A stretch of 64,000 nt of DNA, from positions 207,437 through 271,436 of the forward strand of contig JBMNNJ010000001.1 in the NCBI GenBank assembly GCA_050953885.1, given 5' to 3'. The translations under genes were made by a program, and so were the position numbers. Positions 31,143-40,695 of the stretch are shown one piece after another. Position 1 is the first letter of the stretch. Each line of letters starts with the position of its first letter. The stretch comes from Patescibacteria group bacterium. Its GTDB lineage: Bacteria; Patescibacteriota; Microgenomatia; 0-14-0-10-38-17. The notes under the pieces are model-generated. The model had not been told where the DNA came from, did not search any database, and worked only from the letters and a program-made list of their open reading frames with translations.

Positions 31143-32567
31143 ATGGAAAATAGAGCTGAATTGTCGCCAGCTTTTCCTTATCCTCAAAGAGAAGTAGAAA
31201 TCAGCAAGGAAAAACTTGGGGAAATTTTAGAAACAAAACCAATAAAACTAACAGAGAAAGAGAGGGAAAGAGTCGGCGAATTTGAAGGCGAACTTTTTGA
31301 ACAATATCTCCCTCTTGAAAACATTGCCCCGGAAACACACGCTGTTTATCCCCAATATTTTCTCAGCGACACGGGGTGGCGTTTGTTTCAAATGGTTTAC
31401 CAAGACTCAAGCCTTAGCCAAAGAATAGAAAAGATCTTAGAAGAGCAGGGAATAAAATTTGACAAAGAAAGTGTTGCCGGCCGACAGACAGAAAAAACAT
31501 TTTGGAACACGGTTTTTAAGGATCTTTTGACAGTCGCCGAGGATGAAGAAAAATTTACCCAATATCAAGAAAAAGGATGGCCGTTTAAAGAGAGGGAAAA
31601 GGCTCTTGGTGAAAAAGCATCGTTAACATTGCCAGGGGAAATCACCGCTTTGGCAAAACCCACTACCCTTGAGGAAGCCGAGAAGCTTTTTTATCAAACT
31701 TCCAACCAAAGCTTGAAAGACATTCAAAAACAGCTTCAGAAAGGGGTAGAAACAGCCTCCAGCGATTGGGCCAGAGATCGTTTCCTGGAAGAATTTCAGA
31801 AAGCTGGCGGCAACGTCGGCCAGATTACCAATCCTGTCATAATAAGCAGAGTCGTTAACCCGGAAAGCCTGCTGGAAAAAATTAAAGGCTACCGAAGCCT
31901 CAAGAAAGAGTGGAAAGAACTAAAACGAAAATTGTTAGAAAACGACGACCCTCTTAGCCAAGCCAAAGTGGCTGTTTTAAACATTTATTTAAGACGACTT
32001 AATGTCTCTATTGCTGAACAATATTCTACCGGGAGGGTAATCGCTTCTTCTCCTCAGCCTAGCCCGGAGGAAAAAAAGGCTTATCAGGCCATTAAAGGGA
32101 CCAAGGCCGAACTACCCGAGGACCGCTTTAGCGCTTCAAAAGTTTCAAGAACAATGGAGCACATTGACCATTTCCTTGTTGGCGCCAGCCAGGTAATCAA
32201 CCCCAACACCGGACTTTACAAAACAATTTCTCCAAAAATTGACGAAATTATTGCTAAAGCTGGGCAAGAAAAGGATTCAAAAAACCAAAAATTTGAAAAA
32301 TACAACGCTGTCAGGGTAAACGCCGAACAGGCTAAGTTTTTAGGAGAGATTATTCTTCGGACTTACCACCTCGATCAGGAGGGATGGACTATTTATATCG
32401 ATCCCCACCAAAAATCTTTAGCCTGTGCTTATAAAGAAGCTTTTGAAGGAGAAGAAAAGAAAATAAAACAAATTAAAATTCCCCCAGAGTATAATCGCGG
32501 CCTGATAGATACTCTCAAAGCTTTAGCCCACGAAATCGAGGGCCACGCCCTAAGGTGGCAAAATTAA
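31143..32567 (+). CDS. DUF1704/MATCAP-like HExxxH metallopeptidase, N-terminal portion; ends at an in-frame TAA directly after HEIEGHA
   Basis: Terminal HEIEGHALRWQN matches the HEXXXHA motif of the QEGLA/DUF1704 family. The same frame continues after a single TAA. Confidence 0.5.
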   Translation: MENRAELSPAFPYPQREVEISKEKLGEILETKPIKLTEKERERVGEFEGELFEQYLPLENIAPETHAVYPQYFLSDTGWRLFQMVYQDSSLSQRIEKILEEQGIKFDKESVAGRQTEKTFWNTVFKDLLTVAEDEEKFTQYQEKGWPFKEREKALGEKASLTLPGEITALAKPTTLEEAEKLFYQTSNQSLKDIQKQLQKGVETASSDWARDRFLEEFQKAGGNVGQITNPVIISRVVNPESLLEKIKGYRSLKKEWKELKRKLLENDDPLSQAKVAVLNIYLRRLNVSIAEQYSTGRVIASSPQPSPEEKKAYQAIKGTKAELPEDRFSASKVSRTMEHIDHFLVGASQVINPNTGLYKTISPKIDEIIAKAGQEKDSKNQKFEKYNAVRVNAEQAKFLGEIILRTYHLDQEGWTIYIDPHQKSLACAYKEAFEGEEKKIKQIKIPPEYNRGLIDTLKALAHEIEGHALRWQN

Positions 32568-32576
32568 GAAACCTTC

Positions 32577-33254
32577 TTGGCAAAAGAGGAGGAGGGGATG
32601 CGCTTATTTAGCGAGTTAACCACGGGCCGCGAAAATCTTCTCTCTGAAGCAGCAGCAATTTATATAGAAAAGAAAACTTTAAGGGAAACCGTAGGAAAAG
32701 AAAGGCTTCCTAGCCGTTATTATTATCTAATTTTGAAAAGAAAAAGAGACGGCGGCAGCTTTAAGGAATGTTTTCAAACTGCTATGGAAGCATTCGCTGA
32801 AAAAAGGGGGCAAACTCTCACAGAAATCATAGGTGATAACAAGAAGTTTGAAGAAGCGTGGCGGTACGCTTATCCTAGAACATTAAGAATTTTCCGCGAG
32901 GAAACACCCCTTGACGATACCAGTGGCTACTTGCCGTCTTCCAAAACTCTCCATTACACCGAGCAGGAAATTATTGGCGAAGAACTGGAAAAAGCCGGTC
33001 TTGCCGATTTATTATTCGTAGGAGGAACTGATTTTTATTCTCTTGCTGATTTAAGAAAATTAGGTTTGCTAGACTTTGATAAAATTAACAAGCCAAAATA
33101 CGCCGCGGTGGCTCTTTTTGAAAAAATAAAAGAACAAATTGACCAAGGAAAAACTTTAGAAGAAATCATCAGCGCTTATGAAAATCAGCCTCCGTCTTTT
33201 GAAACACAGAAAAAGTTATCAAAGCAAACGCCAAAACGGCCAGTTCTTAATTAA
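32577..33254 (+). CDS. C-terminal continuation of the DUF1704-like protein; no ATG, only a TTG start, same frame as 31143-32567
   Basis: Begins (L/M)AKEEEGMRLF, which supplies the acidic/QEGLA-like motif expected about 15 aa after HExxxH. Frame identical to the upstream ORF. Confidence 0.45.
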   Translation: MAKEEEGMRLFSELTTGRENLLSEAAAIYIEKKTLRETVGKERLPSRYYYLILKRKRDGGSFKECFQTAMEAFAEKRGQTLTEIIGDNKKFEEAWRYAYPRTLRIFREETPLDDTSGYLPSSKTLHYTEQEIIGEELEKAGLADLLFVGGTDFYSLADLRKLGLLDFDKINKPKYAAVALFEKIKEQIDQGKTLEEIISAYENQPPSFETQKKLSKQTPKRPVLN

Positions 33255-33267
33255 AGCTTAGGCAATA

Positions 33268-33945
33268 TTGAAAAAAATCCTCGTTACCCTTACCACCACC
33301 AATTCTTCCTGGCAGGAAAAAATTAAAGAAATTAAGAATCTAGAACTTAAAGAAATTGCTTTATTTTTAACCTGCCTTAACCGGCAAGAAAGAGAAGAAT
33401 GCTACCGCGCCCTTGCCAAAACCGGTTTGGAAAAAATTCCCTTTGTCCATCTTCGTTCCGACATGAGCGCCGAGGAGGTAGGATTCTTAATCAAAAATTA
33501 CCAAACCGAAGTTTTTAATATTCACAGCGAAAGGGAATTTCCATTAAAAGATGATTTATCTTTTTGGGCTAACCGGATTTATCTGGAAAACACCGATCTT
33601 CTTCTTGGCGAGGAGGAATTAAAAAAATGGGCGGGAATTTGTTTGGACCTCTCCCATTTGGAAGATGACCGCTACCTTAAGCAAAAGCGGTATAAAAAAT
33701 ATTTAAGGTTAATTAAAAAATATCCGGTGGGCGTTAACCATATTAGCGCCGTGAGGAAAAAAGTTTTCCGTCATCCTGAATTTGGTTTGGTTAAAAGCGC
33801 TCATTTTCTTAAAAGCCTTAACGAGCTTGACTATCTTAAAAATTACCCGGCTAATTTTTTTGCTCCCCTAATTGCCATTGAACTGGAAAACTCTTTGGAA
33901 GAACAATTGAAGATTAAAACTTACTTGGAAAAGCTTCTTTTTTAG
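33268..33945 (+). CDS. hypothetical protein
   Basis: Intact 225-aa ORF, no confident motif. Confidence 0.4.
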   Translation: MKKILVTLTTTNSSWQEKIKEIKNLELKEIALFLTCLNRQEREECYRALAKTGLEKIPFVHLRSDMSAEEVGFLIKNYQTEVFNIHSEREFPLKDDLSFWANRIYLENTDLLLGEEELKKWAGICLDLSHLEDDRYLKQKRYKKYLRLIKKYPVGVNHISAVRKKVFRHPEFGLVKSAHFLKSLNELDYLKNYPANFFAPLIAIELENSLEEQLKIKTYLEKLLF

Positions 33946-34433
33946 AAAGATTTTTCTTCTCTTTTTGCCCACAAAAGCAGGGAAGAAGTTAACAAAAATA
34001 AACCGCCCGATATGAAAAGAATTTGGGTGGGAGCAAAATTACCCACCACCGGCGTGGTGGCCTCTGCCGGCGCGCCCACTCCGGCCGGCATTTCCCCGCC
34101 AACAGTTAAGGTAAAAGCAACCGTGCTTCCCTGCGAGGCAAAAGAAACCTGATGATCGCCATTTGCCAGCGGCGCGGGAGTATAAGACCATTGGCCCGCC
34201 TCATCCACACTCACCGTTTCCGTGGCGCCGTCAATGGTGGCTTCCACCTGACTGCCGGCCACTCCTTCGCCGGTAAAAGTAATGTTGCCGTTGGAATACC
34301 ACCAGTGATCATAAAGCTTGCCCGCCGTTGACAACCCGCCAATATTCTTCAGCTGAAAACCGGCAGCAAAAAGAGGCGCGCCGCTTAAAAGAAAGAAAAA
34401 ACCCGCCGCCAAAAGAACTATCGTTTTCTTCAT
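33942..34433 (-). CDS. small secreted/anchored Gly/Ala/Thr-rich protein with a C-terminal hydrophobic segment and basic tail
   Basis: Signal peptide MKKTIVLLAAGFFFLLSGAPLFAA. C-terminus GGLFLLTSSLLLWAKREEKSF resembles a sorting or anchor signal. Confidence 0.5.
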   Translation of the reverse strand: MKKTIVLLAAGFFFLLSGAPLFAAGFQLKNIGGLSTAGKLYDHWWYSNGNITFTGEGVAGSQVEATIDGATETVSVDEAGQWSYTPAPLANGDHQVSFASQGSTVAFTLTVGGEMPAGVGAPAEATTPVVGNFAPTQILFISGGLFLLTSSLLLWAKREEKSF

Positions 34434-34471
34434 CTTAAGAAGAGAGTAATCCTTTTTTTTCTCGTTGTCAA

Positions 34472-34535
34472 GGCGGCCTTTGGCGCAAAAATCCCGAGGT
34501 TTGAAGCTATTTAACTCCGGGGGTTTGAAGCTACT
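34472..34535. repeat. family C unit CCTTTGGCGCAAAAATCCCGAGGTTTGAAGCTATTTAACTCCGGGGGTTTGAAGCTA
   Basis: Further copies at 36246-36275, 36717-36749, 36866-36897, 36947-37006, 37718-37812, 38495-38545, 39345-39455, 42690-42740, 43262-43310, 50825-50890, 58200-58250, 59051-59096, 59888-59990, in both orientations. Confidence 0.8.
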
Positions 34536-34972
34536 TAGTTTTTTGTGCTATAATAACCTTATCGTTAATCAACCCTCCGTCGACAAACTAATTAAAATCT
34601 TTTTAAAAAGAGGTGGACGGATCGACAAATACTATCTTCAAGATAATAATCAGAGCAAGCACACCCTGCTCTACCTTAAAGGTTGGTTTGCCGGCAAAAA
34701 CATTCGCGAGGCCCTAAATAAAGCCCTTTTTTCGCCCAAAAACAAATAGACTTTGGGGGGAAACTGGCTATTAGCCGACCTTCGTGTTATAATACTTTTT
34801 GATTGATGCAGATTGTGCCTTGGTACATCTGCTTATACTGATTTAGTTTTTTAAAAGATAAAGATACCTCAAGCTTTCTACTCAAGTATCTTCACATTAA
34901 AAACGACTTCATTTCTTTAAGCAGATCTACCTGGGCGCAATTCCCCCCTCAACTTAAAACCGAAAATAACTC

Positions 34973-36166
34973 ATGGCCTACTTCAAACAAAGAAACTATT
35001 ATCGCCGGCCAACTTCTGGCTCCGGCAATTGGGCCAACAAAAGACATTTTCGAAATTCAGGAAAAAAACTCGACGAAAGCCTGTTTATTAAAAAAGCCAA
35101 AGGCGGCCCGGTTGAAAAACCTTTTGCCGAAGGAGCCAAGTTTGCCGACTACGCCCTGGTTGACCAATTAAAAACCAACATTGCCCAACACGGCTATCAA
35201 ACCCCCACCCAAATTCAAGACCAGGTTATCCCTCAGGTTTTGGCCGGTAAAGACATTATTGGCGTGGCTAACACCGGCACCGGTAAAACGGCCGCTTTTT
35301 TAACCGGCCTCATTAATAAAGCCTATTTAGACAGAAATCAAAGAGTATTAATCATCGTGCCCACCCGGGAATTAGCCCTGCAAATTGGCCAAGAATTTAA
35401 CCATCTTGCCAAAGGAATGGGTCTTAATATCGCTACCATTATCGGCGGCGTCAATATCGGCTGGCAAATAAGTCTTTTAAGATCAAATCCCAATTTTATC
35501 GTTGGCACCCCGGGTCGGTTAAAAGATTTAATTGGCCGCAAAAAGATCGAGCCGGCCTCTTTTGGCAATATTGTCTTGGACGAGGTTGATCGCATGGTCG
35601 ATATGGGCTTTATTAAAGATATTAAGTACTTAGTTTCGCTTTTACCCCAAAACCGCCAAGGGCTGTTTTTTTCGGCGACAGTTGATGATAAAACAGAGCA
35701 AATCTTGCAAAACTTTGCTCACCAACCGATTCGGGTCTCGGTAAAACACCAAGACACTCTTGATAATATTGATCAGGATATTATAAAAATTACCAATCGG
35801 GGCACTAAAATCGACGTCTTAAGAAAATTACTGGCCCAACCGGGCTTTGATAAGGTGCTGATTTTTGGCCGAACCAAATGGGGCATGGAAAGGCTGGCCC
35901 GCTCCCTGGTGGAATACGGCATTAAGGCCACCGCTATTCATGGCAATAAATCTCAAAACCAAAGACAAAAAGCCCTGGCGCAATTTAAAAACAACCAGCT
36001 TCAGGTCTTAACGGCCACTGATGTGGCTTCTCGAGGCCTAGATATTGATAACGTTACCCAGGTAATTAATTATGATCCTCCGGCTACTTATGATGATTAT
36101 GTTCACCGCATCGGCCGAACCGGCCGGATGGGTAAAAAGGGCTTAGCGCTGACCTTTATCGAATAA
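34973..36166 (+). CDS. DEAD-box ATP-dependent RNA helicase
   Basis: Q motif, ANTGTGKT (motif I), PTRELA, DEVD (motif II variant), SAT-like, HRIGRTGR (motif VI). Confidence 0.9.
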   Translation: MAYFKQRNYYRRPTSGSGNWANKRHFRNSGKKLDESLFIKKAKGGPVEKPFAEGAKFADYALVDQLKTNIAQHGYQTPTQIQDQVIPQVLAGKDIIGVANTGTGKTAAFLTGLINKAYLDRNQRVLIIVPTRELALQIGQEFNHLAKGMGLNIATIIGGVNIGWQISLLRSNPNFIVGTPGRLKDLIGRKKIEPASFGNIVLDEVDRMVDMGFIKDIKYLVSLLPQNRQGLFFSATVDDKTEQILQNFAHQPIRVSVKHQDTLDNIDQDIIKITNRGTKIDVLRKLLAQPGFDKVLIFGRTKWGMERLARSLVEYGIKATAIHGNKSQNQRQKALAQFKNNQLQVLTATDVASRGLDIDNVTQVINYDPPATYDDYVHRIGRTGRMGKKGLALTFIE

Positions 36167-36280
36167 CCCCAATCCCCGCTCCTCTTGAGGAAAAAAAAGC
36201 TCCTAAGGGTAAAATAAAAAGTGCTATTTAGAAACCGCGTTTATAAGCTAACCAACGCCGGGGGGGGTTAAATAGCTTTT

Positions 36281-36622
36281 TTATTTATTTAAATACATCT
36301 TGAATTCAATGCCGAAATTTTCAAATCCGTTCTTCTCATACATCTTATGGACACTTTCTCTTTCATAACGGCTGGTAGCGACAAGTTTGTAGCACCCGAG
36401 ATTTTTAGCTTCGGTGATAACCATATTTAATAATTTAGTGCCGATGCCCTGTCCTCTAAGTTGTTCATCAACAAATAAATCCTCTAACAAGCCAAATGGT
36501 TCTTTCTTTAGGTCATTTTTCATTACATACAAAAAGGCTCGGGCAACTTCTTTTCCGTCTTTTTCTATAAAGAATTTTACTCCAAATGATTTAACTGGTT
36601 TTTTGTTTATTTTTATGTCCAT
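36281..36622 (-). CDS. GNAT-family N-acetyltransferase
   Basis: Acetyl-CoA binding motif A RGQGIGTKLL. Confidence 0.8.
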   Translation of the reverse strand: MDIKINKKPVKSFGVKFFIEKDGKEVARAFLYVMKNDLKKEPFGLLEDLFVDEQLRGQGIGTKLLNMVITEAKNLGCYKLVATSRYERESVHKMYEKNGFENFGIEFKMYLNK

Positions 36623-37049
36623 TTTTAGTTTTCCCGGAAGAATTTAATTGCTCAAAGGTTTACAATATCTTACCTAAAAAATTGAAATAAGGCAATTTTT
36701 AACCTGTCATTGTGAAGCTAATCAACGCCGGGGGTTAAATAGCTTCATCTGAAGAACGCAGATCCTGACTTTCGTCAGGATGACAGCTACGGGGATGATT
36801 CCCGCCAGGCGGATTCGTCAGAGCTTGTCCTGAATTTAATTCAGGAATGACAGCTACGATTAGTGTGCCTATTTAAATCCGGGGGTTTGAAGCTATCAAG
36901 GAAAGCGCTTTTACTGCGAATAATTAATAATAGTTAATATTATCTGCCTTTGGCGCAAAAATCCCGAGGTTCGAAGCTATTTAACTCCGGGGGTTTGAAG
37001 CTATTTATTCAAATTATTAGGAGCATAACCCCTATGTTAAACTAAATTT

Positions 37050-37718
37050 ATGAAAAAGTTCTTTCTGCCTTTTCTTGGCCTCATCGCTCTTTTTCTAGGT
37101 CTTAATAACCTTAATCTTCGCCAGGAAATTCAAAAATTAACCGCCCAAAACAAAGTTATCGAAGTTATTGACGGCGATTCTCTAACCTTAGCCTCCAAAC
37201 AAAGAGTTCGCCTGGCCAATCTTGATGCTCCCGAATTGGAGTTTTGCGGCGGCATTGAAGCGAAGAATAAACTTGAATCCCTCACTCTAAATAAGACTGT
37301 CCGCTTGGAAATAATCGGCCACGACAACCTGAACCGCTCGATTTCTTTAGTTTATGTTGACAATACTCTGGTTAACGAAATCGTTCTCAAAGAGGGCTGG
37401 GCTCGCTATGACGGCTCGCCTTCGCCGGAAAAAGAAAAATTAAAACAAGCTTATGATTATGCCTTTGAAAACCGGCTAGGGATTTTCAGCCCCTTGTGTT
37501 TTTCCGAAGAGCCACCCAGCCCCAAATGCCTAATTAAAGGCAATGTCGACCGCCATTATGGCCAAAAAACCTATCATTTCCCCGGTTGTAGTGGTTATCC
37601 CCAAGTAATGGTAGAAAAAGACTTAGGCGAAGATTGGTTTTGTTCAGAAAAAGAAGCTGAAAAAGCTGGCTTTACCAAATCCAAAAATTGCTATGGTAAA
37701 ATATACGTTCCTATTTAA
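37050..37718 (+). CDS. secreted thermonuclease (staphylococcal-nuclease/SNase-like) with a Cys-containing C-terminal module
   Basis: Signal peptide. SNase active-site region RLANLDAPE, OB-fold. C-terminal KGNV...YHFPGC...WFCSEKEAEKAGF module. Confidence 0.8.
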   Translation: MKKFFLPFLGLIALFLGLNNLNLRQEIQKLTAQNKVIEVIDGDSLTLASKQRVRLANLDAPELEFCGGIEAKNKLESLTLNKTVRLEIIGHDNLNRSISLVYVDNTLVNEIVLKEGWARYDGSPSPEKEKLKQAYDYAFENRLGIFSPLCFSEEPPSPKCLIKGNVDRHYGQKTYHFPGCSGYPQVMVEKDLGEDWFCSEKEAEKAGFTKSKNCYGKIYVPI

Positions 37719-37951
37719 CCCCCGGAGTTAAATAGCTTCAAACCTCGGGAAAAATATATAATTTTGAACTTACCTCTCCGGCGCGAGCGCCAAAACTACT
37801 GGGCAGGTAGACAAAAATTTAAAACTCTGTTAAAATAGAGAAAACCGAAGAAAAACCAAATATTTGTTTGAAAATTAAAGCTGATGGTAGCATAAAAAGG
37901 CTAAGAGGGATTTCTGGCTTGCTAAAAAATTTTTAATCATCCTTATTACTC

Positions 37952-38440
37952 ATGTTGATTATTCATCCCCAGCCCAATCAGTGGAAAATGTATAGAAAGA
38001 TTCGATTAGCGGCCTTAAAAGAAGATCCGCAAGCCTTTGGCCGCTTTTTTAAAGAAGAAAAAACATATTCCAAAGAAAAATGGTTAGAACGAGTAAATAA
38101 TGACTACAGTCTACTGGCTCTTGAAAACAACAAACCGATAGGAATAATCAGCGCCTATATTACCGAAGAAAAAAACAACAAAGTTGCCCATGTCGTTAGT
38201 GTTTTTGTTCTTAAAGAAGCTCGTGGTAGGGGTGTTGGGAAAAAGTTGCTTAATGCCGTCTTAGAGAAAATAAAAAAAGACCCGACCATTAAAAAAGTTG
38301 TTCTATCTGTAAACAAAGAGCAAATTCCCGCTGTCAAGCTATACCAAAAATTTGGTTTTGAAATTATTGGCCAAAAGCCCGAGCGATTGGGTGATGGCAA
38401 AAAACACATAGAATACGAGATGGAACTATCTTTGAAGTAA
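37952..38440 (+). CDS. GNAT-family N-acetyltransferase
   Basis: Motif A RGRGVGKKLL, GNAT fold length. Confidence 0.8.
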   Translation: MLIIHPQPNQWKMYRKIRLAALKEDPQAFGRFFKEEKTYSKEKWLERVNNDYSLLALENNKPIGIISAYITEEKNNKVAHVVSVFVLKEARGRGVGKKLLNAVLEKIKKDPTIKKVVLSVNKEQIPAVKLYQKFGFEIIGQKPERLGDGKKHIEYEMELSLK

Positions 38441-38556
38441 AGGCCCCAAAAGTAACCTAGGCCAAGAAACCACCTAGCCATCTAGAGGGAAACCCTGTTA
38501 TTTCGTAGCTATTTAACCCCCGGAGTTGATTAGCTTTTATAATGGAAGCCTGAAAC

Positions 38557-39345
38557 ATGTCTTCGAAGAGGCGCTTGAAGAAAAGCTGTAAAGTTTCTAC
38601 TACAATACAAATGGGCATTACTGGCAACAATAAAAAAACAAAAACCGAAATCTGTCACAAACATTTCTTGCAAATTCAAGAAAAGTTAGCTACTAACACG
38701 TGGGCAAAAGAAAAACCTAAAGGGAAAAAAGAAATAATAAAACTCTTAAGAATTTGCAATCAGGCATTTGGGAAAATTCCTGGATATATTAAAGTTCTTA
38801 AATCAATATCAAAAAACTTAAATGAAAACGATTCAATTAAATGGCTAAATTATTTTTCTCAAATTCGATGTGCATATTATCTACAAACACAAGGGGTTAG
38901 TATTACCGCCTTTGAGAAAAAAGTAAATGGAAAATTAATTGATTTAGAAATAAATGAGGCAACGCTTTGTGAAGTTAAATCTTTCGAACCTCAACTTAAA
39001 AAAACAGAAAACGCAATAGAATTAGAGGAAGATGTCTTTAAAAACTTTCTTGAAAATAAAATTAAAAAGGCTCTAGATGAACAAAAAGCTGACTTAGTTA
39101 TAATTGATGATATTTTTTCTTATGAATCTAAAATCTACAGATTTTTAAATTATTTCTTATCGTTCATTAATGATCCTGGTACTGAGCGTTATGAAATGAT
39201 CCAAAAAAAATTTGGTAAATATCTACCTAAAATTCTAATTCTAAGTTTTACAAGCTCAATGGCCATTAATCCCATTATCAGAGACCCAATGGGTAGCGAG
39301 TGGGTTAAAATATTGTCATTAAACAAAGCCAAAAATCATGAATAA
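38557..39345 (+). CDS. AT-rich orphan protein; weak PD-(D/E)xK-like arrangement (IDLEINE...CEVKS)
   Basis: Intact 262-aa ORF, compositionally more AT-rich than its neighbours, bracketed by family C repeats. Confidence 0.4.
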   Translation: MSSKRRLKKSCKVSTTIQMGITGNNKKTKTEICHKHFLQIQEKLATNTWAKEKPKGKKEIIKLLRICNQAFGKIPGYIKVLKSISKNLNENDSIKWLNYFSQIRCAYYLQTQGVSITAFEKKVNGKLIDLEINEATLCEVKSFEPQLKKTENAIELEEDVFKNFLENKIKKALDEQKADLVIIDDIFSYESKIYRFLNYFLSFINDPGTERYEMIQKKFGKYLPKILILSFTSSMAINPIIRDPMGSEWVKILSLNKAKNHE

Positions 39346-39571
39346 AAAAAGCTATTCGACCCCCGGAATTGATTAGCTTCAAAACTCGGGAAAAATATGT
39401 AATTTTGAACGTGCCTCTCCGGCACGGGCGCCAAAACCACCTGGCCAGGTAGCTGAAAAACCTAGCCTTAATCACCCCAAGGGTTGATTAAGGCACTCCT
39501 ATCGAGTATACTTGTACAATACTTCAAGGCACTACCGATAATTTACGCCAATACGCATAAATTTAAAATTC

Positions 39572-39958
39572 ATGATAAAATCTAAAATAAAAGAATTAAG
39601 TTATGAAAAAATGAAAGAAATCGAGAATTTAACAAAAGAGATTGTTTCTTTTCGAGACGAAAGAGAATGGAAACAATTTCATAACCCGAAAGACATGTCT
39701 TTGTCTCTAGTTCTGGAAGCAGGAGAAGTGATGGAGCACTTCCAGTGGAAAAACGGAGAAGAGATGGAAAAATATGTTACCGAGCATAAAGATGAAATTG
39801 GCGAAGAGCTTGCTGACGTTTTATATTGGATTTTGCTTATAAGCCACGACCTTAATATAAACATTCTCGAAGCTTTAGAAAAAAAAATAAAGAAAAATAA
39901 AGAAAAATATCCTGTAGAAAAAGCAAAGGGAAGACATACAAAATATACAGATCTTTAG
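39572..39958 (+). CDS. MazG-like nucleoside-triphosphate pyrophosphohydrolase (all-alpha NTP-PPase)
   Basis: EAGEVMEHFQW (E-x-x-E) and EELADVLYWILLIS (E-E-x-x-D) metal-binding motifs, 128 aa. Confidence 0.75.
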   Translation: MIKSKIKELSYEKMKEIENLTKEIVSFRDEREWKQFHNPKDMSLSLVLEAGEVMEHFQWKNGEEMEKYVTEHKDEIGEELADVLYWILLISHDLNINILEALEKKIKKNKEKYPVEKAKGRHTKYTDL

Positions 39959-39981
39959 CTTTTTGATGTTTTCGATAGAAA

Positions 39982-40689
39982 ATGCTCTCCAAAAGAAAAA
40001 ATAAGCTCGTAGCAAAAAAGAAATTGCAAGAGGGACATAGAGAAAGATTGCGGCAAAGATTTTTACAAGGAGGACTCGATTCCTTCCTCGATTACGAAGT
40101 TGTTGAATTACTTTTGACGCTAGGAACCCCCCGCAGGGATTGCAAGTCTATTGCTAAAGAAATAATTAAAAAATTTGGAAATTTATGTAACGTTCTTGAT
40201 GCTTCTCCGGAAGATCTGCAAGAAATATATGGCGTAGGCCCTAACAACATATTTGGTTTAAAATTATTTCAGGCAATATCAGAGCGATATACCGGCGAAA
40301 AAATTCAAAAAAAAGAAATTCTCAATAACCCTAAGGCAGTATTTGATTACCTTAAAAATCTTATTGGAAAAGAGAAAAAAGAAAGCTTTGTGGTTATATC
40401 ATTAAACTCAAAAAACCAATTAGTCAAAATTAATAAAATATCGTTAGGAACTGTTGATGCAAACATTGTGCACCCTAGAGAAGTCTTCCAAGCAGCCATT
40501 AAAAATTTAGCAACGCAAATAATTATAGCCCATAATCATCCCTCGGGTAGCCTAGAGCCGTCTCCGGAAGATGTTGCTTTAACTAGGCAATTGTTAGAAG
40601 CTTCTTCAATCTTAAGCATTCCGCTCATTGATCATATAATTGTTACCAACAAGGAATACTTAAGCATGAAGGAACATAATTTCATATAG
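39982..40689 (+). CDS. radC: RadC-like JAB/MPN-domain protein with an N-terminal HhH
   Basis: N-terminal HhH (EIYGVGP) and JAMM motif IIIAHNHPSGSLEPSPEDVALT. Starts 24 bp after the mazG-like stop. Confidence 0.85.
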   Translation: MLSKRKNKLVAKKKLQEGHRERLRQRFLQGGLDSFLDYEVVELLLTLGTPRRDCKSIAKEIIKKFGNLCNVLDASPEDLQEIYGVGPNNIFGLKLFQAISERYTGEKIQKKEILNNPKAVFDYLKNLIGKEKKESFVVISLNSKNQLVKINKISLGTVDANIVHPREVFQAAIKNLATQIIIAHNHPSGSLEPSPEDVALTRQLLEASSILSIPLIDHIIVTNKEYLSMKEHNFI

Positions 40690-40695
40690 GCTGAA

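Noticed and set aside
34465-34749. 94-aa ORF downstream of the secreted protein
   Set aside because: The first third translates a family C repeat (GLKLFNSGGLKLL) and there is no credible start. Region more likely holds a promoter or leader for the helicase.
39982-40689. Interpreting radC as necessarily part of a defence system
   Set aside because: RadC/YicR is a widespread housekeeping-like gene. The linkage is noted as suggestive only, and the finding is framed as conditional on conserved synteny.
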